A stretch of DNA of 64,000 nucleotides from an uncultured archaeon. GTDB taxonomy: Archaea; Iainarchaeota; Iainarchaeia; Iainarchaeales; 1-14-0-10-31-34. Under the pieces are notes generated by a model, which had not been told where the DNA came from, made no database searches, and saw nothing but the letters and a program-made list of their open reading frames with translations. The position numbers and the translations under genes are program-made. Below are positions 58,901-64,000 of the stretch, piece by piece (position 1 is the first letter of the stretch; each line of letters opens with the position of its first letter). The stretch covers positions 221,272 through 285,271 of the forward strand of contig CAZSOZ010000001.1 in NCBI GenBank assembly GCA_964608675.1. The letters run 5' to 3'.

Positions 58901-59988
58901 CCAAACTTTCTTCTTTTCTGGAAGAAAAAAATTCTTTTATGAATTCAGAGTTTTTGTCTCTTAAGTCGTTGGTTGAAGAAAAAATTACAGGACTCAAAGA
59001 AACTGTTGCTTTTTTTGATTCAACAGGATTTTATTCTGAATCAAATGAATTAAAATCAAAAATTCTGAAAGCTGAATCTGATTTAATCAAAGCTGTTTCT
59101 GTTTCTAAAGAAAAAGGAACAGAACTGCTTCTTTCTGTTAATTCTTTTTTGGAGGAAGTTTCTGACAAAAACCTTGAAGCATTTCTTTTAAACAAAAGAA
59201 ACTTTGTTTTAGAAAAAACAGCGGGTTCAAATGAATTAATTGCTTTGCTGAACAGCAAAAAAATTTTTGACTTAAAGAACGCCCTGCTTGAACAAGACAC
59301 TAATTTTTTGTCTTTTTTTTCAAAAAAAGATTATTTTAATTCTGCTCTTTCTTTGAATTTAATGCAGTCTGATTCAAAAAAACTTCTTGAATTAATTTCC
59401 AAAGAAATCCAGCTTAAAAAACAAAAATTGAATGAAAAAAAAATTTTTTTCAAAGAAAAAAAGCAGTTAACTGAAATGCTTTTTTCTTCTCTTGAAAACG
59501 CTTTATCTGAAAGCAAATTTTATCTTTCTCCTATTTCAAAGTCAAGACTTAAATTTTTAAGAAATGAATTTGATTCAATTAATTTTTCTTTTAAGGACAG
59601 CAGTTCTCCTGAAAGCCTGCTTTCAGCTGAATTGCTTGCAGAACAATCAGACAAAGAATTAAATGCAATCCATGAAGAACTTTCTTTTTCTTTGAATAAA
59701 TTAAAAGAAGACGCAAAAGTTTTCTTGTTGTCTGCAAAAATTTCAGGAAAAAATATTTCTTCTGCACAAACTCTTTTTGAGGAAGGAAAATACATTGATT
59801 CAATTAATGCTTCTTTTTTTTCAGCTGAATCCTCTCCAACAGCTTTTGCTTTTCTTTCTTCTTTTGAAGTCCCTTTGCAGGTTTATCCTCTTCTTATTAT
59901 AATTCTTTTTGTTGCAGGAAAAAAATTTTTTATTAAAAAAAAGAAGAAAAGAAAGCCTAAAAAGAAACATTTAAAGAGTTTGGAATAA
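55996..59988 (+). CDS. Giant (1330 aa) low-complexity surface protein with an N-terminal lipoprotein-like signal, a C-terminal TM anchor and a poly-Lys tail.
   Basis: MKLNFLLILILLFLFSGC signal with Cys; the body is extremely Ser/Phe/Leu/Lys/Glu/Asn-rich and predicted helical; the C-terminus is PLQVYPLLIIILFVAGKKFFIKKKKKRKPKKKHLKSLE. Confidence 0.6.
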   Translation: MKLNFLLILILLFLFSGCSEEKLEYKNACLSLTSYSFQEIPECSSQEDCFKEVEKHLFDFKQTFSFESSDKLHSYKNNLASSWLYFNKSLKLVKELNRLCYSDDFSFLPEKTNELVFSLEKAFEFSDKASLDSFSFLLTEKNFLNKQNIELIPEELLFDDFILFNHNLNELSTPEIYKSSGSYVSKYFNASAEFNDFSSKFGFYSLYLNEFTSSDLINFYQKDALDSVKSNKFYVPLMKKTFSSVSSFIFGLNDLKRTVSVLNSIPSNKLFFLYGNFVSPKNSVASEFSLLVKKVSEHKLSLNESNNSLVLEIESDFNEISFKLDELSVSSVSRFDSNITSFLFEELNASFISENKNEIFSAETFVFESRKKLSLLKSKFNELKRKDSFNEISLGKKSSLLKQIKAETLSLKEDIGFFAGAFIDELIVLCSTKTELISSELNQKDFSSFSWEITSLASRTAVKIDLFEDASKEQKIIYCKDTILLKKQLDSALENQEKFLLSSSESLNECISSLEKIFYSKNLSVFVDSFYSLKSMQKNRLPFSYLLDSCSDLKKRITVYLYSYDEEIIQANDFYIKSEKILSNLSFLSKIYPEFFNSVKTTNFISDFDEISLDFSLKKLKPEFFPFSSEKLSLIKKFNQKINSFFSSSFGQFLSFNYSIKSFPLEQAVLGKTFLVKQKIFFPNPLNEPINLEFSFLSPFLSSENKLIHSCIKEITKSKSNSRILVSCFPEEGLLFESDKNLLLSFFDSFPELIEANQNSVLFSKSLKIDSFSQISSLKAVVPLEFNSDNAFAVFNSQKIPVEIKEKNAVFYLEELNSEPLIELFFSVSKPVSFEFSEKSRKKLDENTFLVFFDLQLKNNLAFDFDSIKIFLPLNDSDSILEAKLTDFSSEIKVYSLGKKFFFKTSLNKLESKKFFLEIKIKDFDEYKKSLKNSLLSEISLIEDPVFRKNFQTKINSADSFEELIELNAKLSSFLEEKNSFMNSEFLSLKSLVEEKITGLKETVAFFDSTGFYSESNELKSKILKAESDLIKAVSVSKEKGTELLLSVNSFLEEVSDKNLEAFLLNKRNFVLEKTAGSNELIALLNSKKIFDLKNALLEQDTNFLSFFSKKDYFNSALSLNLMQSDSKKLLELISKEIQLKKQKLNEKKIFFKEKKQLTEMLFSSLENALSESKFYLSPISKSRLKFLRNEFDSINFSFKDSSSPESLLSAELLAEQSDKELNAIHEELSFSLNKLKEDAKVFLLSAKISGKNISSAQTLFEEGKYIDSINASFFSAESSPTAFAFLSSFEVPLQVYPLLIIILFVAGKKFFIKKKKKRKPKKKHLKSLE

Positions 59989-60027
59989 AAGAAAGGAATA
60001 TTTAAATAGTGCTTTGCTTTTATTTTT

Positions 60028-60930
60028 GTGATGCCAGAAAAAAAGGATTTAAAGTACAGTATTATGGATAAAGCTTTGGGAGTAAAGCAGTCTGTTTCTA
60101 AATCAATTCCTTCTGTTCAATCCCTTAAAAAAAAACCTGTTTCAAAATCAAAGCCTGCTCCAAAGCCTGTAAAGAAATCTGTTCAAGAAAAAAACCATAG
60201 TTCTTTGATTGGAATTGCAGTTATTTTTTTGATTGTGGTTGTTGCATTAATTTTTGTTTTGGATGATTCTCTTGATTTAGATTTAGTTGATGCAGGAAAA
60301 GAAAATCAGCCTTCTTCTGCTGATGAAATTCCTGAAAACCAAGAAGAAATCAAACTTTCTTTTGATGAAAGATACACTGAATGTGCAAGCAAGCCTTTGG
60401 TTCAGCATAAAGATGAATGCCTTCAAAATCTTGCAGTTGAATTTAACAAAGAATTCTTGTGTGATGAATTAACTAATCTTGATTTAGAGAAATGCAGAAG
60501 GCTTGTCTGGAAAGCTAATGCAGTGGTTTCTTTGGAAATAGAAAAATGCAGTGAGCTTTTAACTGAATTAGATAAAATTGAATGCATTAAAGAAATTGCT
60601 TTATTGTCTTCTGATAAAACAATCTGCAGTAAAATAACTGAAGTGGTTTCTTCTGCTGATTTAACTCAGGTTAATTCATGTTATATTGCTTTGGCAGTTC
60701 AGGAAAAAGATTTGTCTGTTTGTGATTTAATTGAGGGAAGCATGAAGGACACCTGTAAATTTAATACTGCTGTTGTTATTTCTAATCCTGATTTATGCAT
60801 TGGATTTGAAGTTCCTACTATAAGAAATGACTGTATTGCAAGAATCGCAAAAAACTTGAATGATGTTTCTTTGTGCAACAGAATAAGCAGTTCAATTCAA
60901 AAAAATAAGTGCATTAAAGATTTATCTTAA
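60028..60930 (+). CDS. Membrane-anchored protein with a Lys/Pro-rich N-terminus, one TM and an extracellular domain of degenerate Cys-containing repeats.
   Basis: TM LIGIAVIFLIVVVALIFVL, then about 9 repeats of a roughly 20-aa unit with paired Cys (..C..L...L.K..C.K..). Confidence 0.45.
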   Translation: MMPEKKDLKYSIMDKALGVKQSVSKSIPSVQSLKKKPVSKSKPAPKPVKKSVQEKNHSSLIGIAVIFLIVVVALIFVLDDSLDLDLVDAGKENQPSSADEIPENQEEIKLSFDERYTECASKPLVQHKDECLQNLAVEFNKEFLCDELTNLDLEKCRRLVWKANAVVSLEIEKCSELLTELDKIECIKEIALLSSDKTICSKITEVVSSADLTQVNSCYIALAVQEKDLSVCDLIEGSMKDTCKFNTAVVISNPDLCIGFEVPTIRNDCIARIAKNLNDVSLCNRISSSIQKNKCIKDLS

Positions 60931-62082
60931 ATATAAATACAAGTAAATTGCTACTCCAAATAAAACAAAAAGCATTCCTGCAATTAATTCCTGTTTTATT
61001 TCTTCTTTTTCAAATATTATTTCAGTTTTTTCGCAGGAAACTTTTTTTCCTTCAAATTCCAGTGTGCATCCTAATTCAAATTTTCCTGCAGTGTTTGATT
61101 TAATTTTTGTTTTAAAGTAAACTATTTGTTTTGGGTGAATTGACGCAAATTTTTTTTCATTTTTTTTTAATTCAATTCCCTTTCCTAAAACAGTTATTTT
61201 TGCATTATGCACTGTTTCAAGTGAATTGTTTATTATCACTATTTCTATTTCGCTTTCTTCTTTTATTTGATTTATTTGTTTTTTCAGCATAATTATTGGT
61301 TCAAGTTTTTTTTTGTATTCTTTTGGAAGTATTTCAGGATAATTTGATTTAATTGTTTTTTCTTCTTTGAATTCATTCAAATAAACTGCTACTGCATTCG
61401 GAAGAAGTCTTGTATTTGGGTTTTTCAGCCTGTAAGTGAATTCCAGTGAAATTTCTTTTCCTGCCTGAATTTCCCCTGAAAACGAACTTTTTCCTTTTAT
61501 TAATTCAATGTCTTTTCGTTCTTTGTCTCCGTCAGTTATTTTCACAAAAGTTGATTCATTTCCGTAATTTTTTAAAGTGGTTTTCACGTGTATTTCCTGT
61601 CCTACTACTAATTCTTTTGATACAACTTTTTTTGTAAAACTGCCTTCAGGAAAAAAAGCAGTCTTATAATTTCCTATTATTGAATCATTGTAAACATTTA
61701 TTTTTGGAATGGAATCAGATGAATTTCCGCATATTCTGAGTTCATTTTTTGTTTTTAATTCTTCTTTTTTTAGTGTTATTCTTTGAAATTCGTTTCCTGT
61801 TCCTGATTCAATAATTGAAATCAGTTTATTATTTAATTCAACTGTAATGTTTGCGTCTCCTTTAATGTTTGGAGTAAAAGTATAATGCACTGAAATAATA
61901 GTGAATTCCTCTGAATTAAATTCATCATAAAAAATTATTTTCATGCATTCCTGTGCGTTAGCTTCATGTATTTTAAGTTCTTCTTCATAGCCTATCGAAA
62001 AAAAAGTTTTTTCTTTTATTGTTTCTCCGCTGACTATTCCTGTTAAAAGCACAGCAAGAATTACAAGCATTTTTTTGTTCAT
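60922..62082 (-). CDS. Secreted surface protein with a C-terminal TM anchor.
   Basis: N-terminal signal MNKKMLVILAVLLTGIVSG and C-terminal LIAGMLFVLFGVAIYLYLYLR. Confidence 0.4.
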   Translation of the reverse strand: MNKKMLVILAVLLTGIVSGETIKEKTFFSIGYEEELKIHEANAQECMKIIFYDEFNSEEFTIISVHYTFTPNIKGDANITVELNNKLISIIESGTGNEFQRITLKKEELKTKNELRICGNSSDSIPKINVYNDSIIGNYKTAFFPEGSFTKKVVSKELVVGQEIHVKTTLKNYGNESTFVKITDGDKERKDIELIKGKSSFSGEIQAGKEISLEFTYRLKNPNTRLLPNAVAVYLNEFKEEKTIKSNYPEILPKEYKKKLEPIIMLKKQINQIKEESEIEIVIINNSLETVHNAKITVLGKGIELKKNEKKFASIHPKQIVYFKTKIKSNTAGKFELGCTLEFEGKKVSCEKTEIIFEKEEIKQELIAGMLFVLFGVAIYLYLYLR

Positions 62083-62552
62083 TTTTTCCCTTTAATTTTT
62101 TTAAGTATTTGTTGTATGGAACTCTTTAAATTTTTCTCGTTTTTTATTTCAATTATTTTTTTATAGTTTTTTTCTGCTTTTTTTTTGCAGTAATTTGTTT
62201 CCTCACAGTAAAGATTGTCCTGAATTTTTATTTCAGTATAGCCTCTTTTTCTAAGCCTTTTTTCAAGAATCTTTCTTTTTGTTCTTAAAACAAAAAATAA
62301 ATCTGTATTTATTTTCATTTCGCATAAAGTGTGGCCTTCAATTATTATGTTTTCTTTTTTTTTCAGGAATTCATTCATTTTTTTCTGGAATTTTTTTAAG
62401 TCTATTTCAACTTCGCTTCCTTTTCTTTTGCCTGTTTTTGTTTTTAAAGCAAAATCTTTTTCGTTTACTGTTTTCCAGTTTAATTTTTCCTTTAATTTTT
62501 CTGCTAAAACCGTTTTTCCTGTTCCAGGAATCCCTGTAATTAAAACCTTCAT
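62079..62552 (-). CDS. Adenylate-kinase-like P-loop kinase (AK6/Fap7-like).
   Basis: MKVLITGIPGTGKTVLAEKL P-loop at the N-terminus; 157 aa. Confidence 0.55.
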   Translation of the reverse strand: MKVLITGIPGTGKTVLAEKLKEKLNWKTVNEKDFALKTKTGKRKGSEVEIDLKKFQKKMNEFLKKKENIIIEGHTLCEMKINTDLFFVLRTKRKILEKRLRKRGYTEIKIQDNLYCEETNYCKKKAEKNYKKIIEIKNEKNLKSSIQQILKKIKGKK

Positions 62553-63028
62553 TTTTTCACTTTTATTCTGTTTAATATTCCTCTAAAAAGAGAGCAAACA
62601 ACTATTGGCATTTTAGTTAATTCAAATTCTATTGAATTAATTTTTTTTCCGTTTATTTCAACGGCTTTTCCTATTATTTCATTTTTTTTTACAAGTGAAT
62701 CAAAATGCTTTGAATTGTCTCCTTTAACCAAAAATTTTTCTTTTTTTCTTTTCAGCATTCTGTGTAATAAAAATTTTTGGTTTCTGTAAAACATTATTAT
62801 GTCTCCTGTTTTTAGTTTTTCTGATTCAATTAACTTGATTTTTATTCTTGAATTTTCGTTGATTAAAGGAAGCATGCTTGTCCCTTTTGTTTGTACTTCA
62901 ATTGTTTTTCCTTTATTGTTTTTTTTAAACAAATCAACTGCCTGAATAAATGTTTTTTCTTTCATTTCATTCACAACTGAATTTTCTCTGCCTTTCAGAA
63001 ACAAAATTGAGATTTCCAAGTTTTTCAT
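62549..63028 (-). CDS. Signal peptidase I (S26B, Sec11-like archaeal type); the start is probably an internal Met.
   Basis: KGTSMLPLI (catalytic Ser region, like GSMEP), GDIIMFY...LLHRM (His) and KGDNSKHFDSLV...IGKAV (box D/E-like). Confidence 0.55.
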   Translation of the reverse strand: MKNLEISILFLKGRENSVVNEMKEKTFIQAVDLFKKNNKGKTIEVQTKGTSMLPLINENSRIKIKLIESEKLKTGDIIMFYRNQKFLLHRMLKRKKEKFLVKGDNSKHFDSLVKKNEIIGKAVEINGKKINSIEFELTKMPIVVCSLFRGILNRIKVKK

Positions 63029-63878
63029 TAAATGAAAGAAGGATATGCGGATTTTCTGCTTGCACGTAATAAATTTCTCTTAATTTTTTTTCTACTAACA
63101 GATTTATTTTGTATGCTTCCCTTCCTTCAAAGAAAATTTTTTTATCGAACTCAAATTTTATTTCTTTGTTTGGAACCATGAATTCTTTTGTTTCAATAAA
63201 TTCATCGAAATTGAATTGTCCTCCTTCATAATATAAGAAAAACAAGGGAAGCACAATATCTCTTTCAGTTAAATCAAAAAAATTTTTTTCTTTTAATCCT
63301 TTTTCAAGTGCGTTTTTACAGGATTCTGAATAATTTAATTTAATTACTTTTGAGTTCTTGATCAGGATTTTTCCAAAAATTCTTTCTTTTGGAAACGAAA
63401 CAGCAATAACTCCTTCAATAAAGTTTTCATTTTTGTCCAAAACAAAAAAATTATAGTCTACGCTGAAATTAGAGTCAATTTTTTCATACAAAAAGTAATA
63501 TTCCTGTCCTTTTTTGAATTCAATTTTCTTTAAAGGATTTATTTTTATTTCAAATTCTTTTGTTTTTCCGTCTGAAGGCATTATTTTCAAGAGAAAATTC
63601 ATTCCTGTGATTATACACGGAAAAGAAATTTCGTTTAATCCTTTTCTTAAATCAAAATAATTAACGCATTTTAATTCTTTTTCATTAAATACTTCTATTC
63701 TGGCTTTTTTTAATTCTTTTTGGGAAACAATATTCAATTCAACTATTTTTTTTTCAAAGTCAAATGAATAACTATTTAATTCCAGTTCATAGTCATTTAA
63801 TTTATTTTCTGGTTTTTTCTGAATGCATCCAAAAGCCAGCAAAAAAACAACCAATAAAAATAATGCTTTTTTTTTCAT
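62967..63878 (-). CDS. Putative lipoprotein / secreted protein.
   Basis: MKKKALFLLVVFLLAFGC is a signal peptide with a lipobox-like Cys. Confidence 0.4.
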   Translation of the reverse strand: MKKKALFLLVVFLLAFGCIQKKPENKLNDYELELNSYSFDFEKKIVELNIVSQKELKKARIEVFNEKELKCVNYFDLRKGLNEISFPCIITGMNFLLKIMPSDGKTKEFEIKINPLKKIEFKKGQEYYFLYEKIDSNFSVDYNFFVLDKNENFIEGVIAVSFPKERIFGKILIKNSKVIKLNYSESCKNALEKGLKEKNFFDLTERDIVLPLFFLYYEGGQFNFDEFIETKEFMVPNKEIKFEFDKKIFFEGREAYKINLLVEKKLREIYYVQAENPHILLSFNEKLGNLNFVSERQRKFSCE

Positions 63879-64000
63879 TAAAAGAAATAGTGTTCTTTCT
63901 CTTTTTTAATATAACATTTACTAACTAATTTGTTTTTTTGAAGTTAATTTAGCCAATTACAAAGTAAAGCCGGTTTGTGGAGAAGCAGATATAAACATAC

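Overview
This AT-rich, compactly coded 64 kb window carries many small Lys-rich proteins. The marker genes are a chimeric mix of archaeal and bacterial types, which fits best with a small-genome archaeon (DPANN-like); this is an inference from gene content only. Archaeal-type markers include D-aminoacyl-tRNA deacylase DTD2, a geranylgeranyl reductase paired with a ferredoxin, a FlaI/TadA-type pilus ATPase, class-III (QxSxE) pilins, a PRC-barrel protein, AMMECR1, a Fap7-like kinase, a Sec11-like signal peptidase and a RecJ/GAN-like DHH nuclease. Bacterial-type genes include LeuRS, a type I GAPDH-PGK pair, a dxr-ispD-ispF-dxs MEP-pathway operon and a ChaB-like protein. The contents, in order: (i) a small-protein region at 1-7 kb, including an XRE regulator with an in-frame amber codon and about 1.2 kb without ORFs; (ii) the MEP operon and pyruvate phosphate dikinase at 8-15.6 kb; (iii) a glycogen metabolism cluster at 16.7-27.2 kb; (iv) at 30-44.5 kb, the most unusual part: an archaeal Tad/Epd-like type IV pilus locus. 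It is a roughly 11 kb, 10-gene minus-strand operon encoding a FlaI-like ATPase, two FlaJ/TadBC-like membrane proteins, several class-III-signal pilin-like proteins and a 923-aa pilin-like adhesin whose vWA domain is interrupted by an LVIVD beta-propeller. A separately transcribed major pilin lies beside it, together with a FlaH/KaiC-like ATPase and Walker-A-less KaiC-like paralogs; (v) gap-pgk, leuS and ferredoxin-GGR at 45.7-52.8 kb; (vi) a cell-surface protein island at 56-64 kb, including a 1330-aa low-complexity surface protein. I recognised no rRNA, tRNA or CRISPR arrays.
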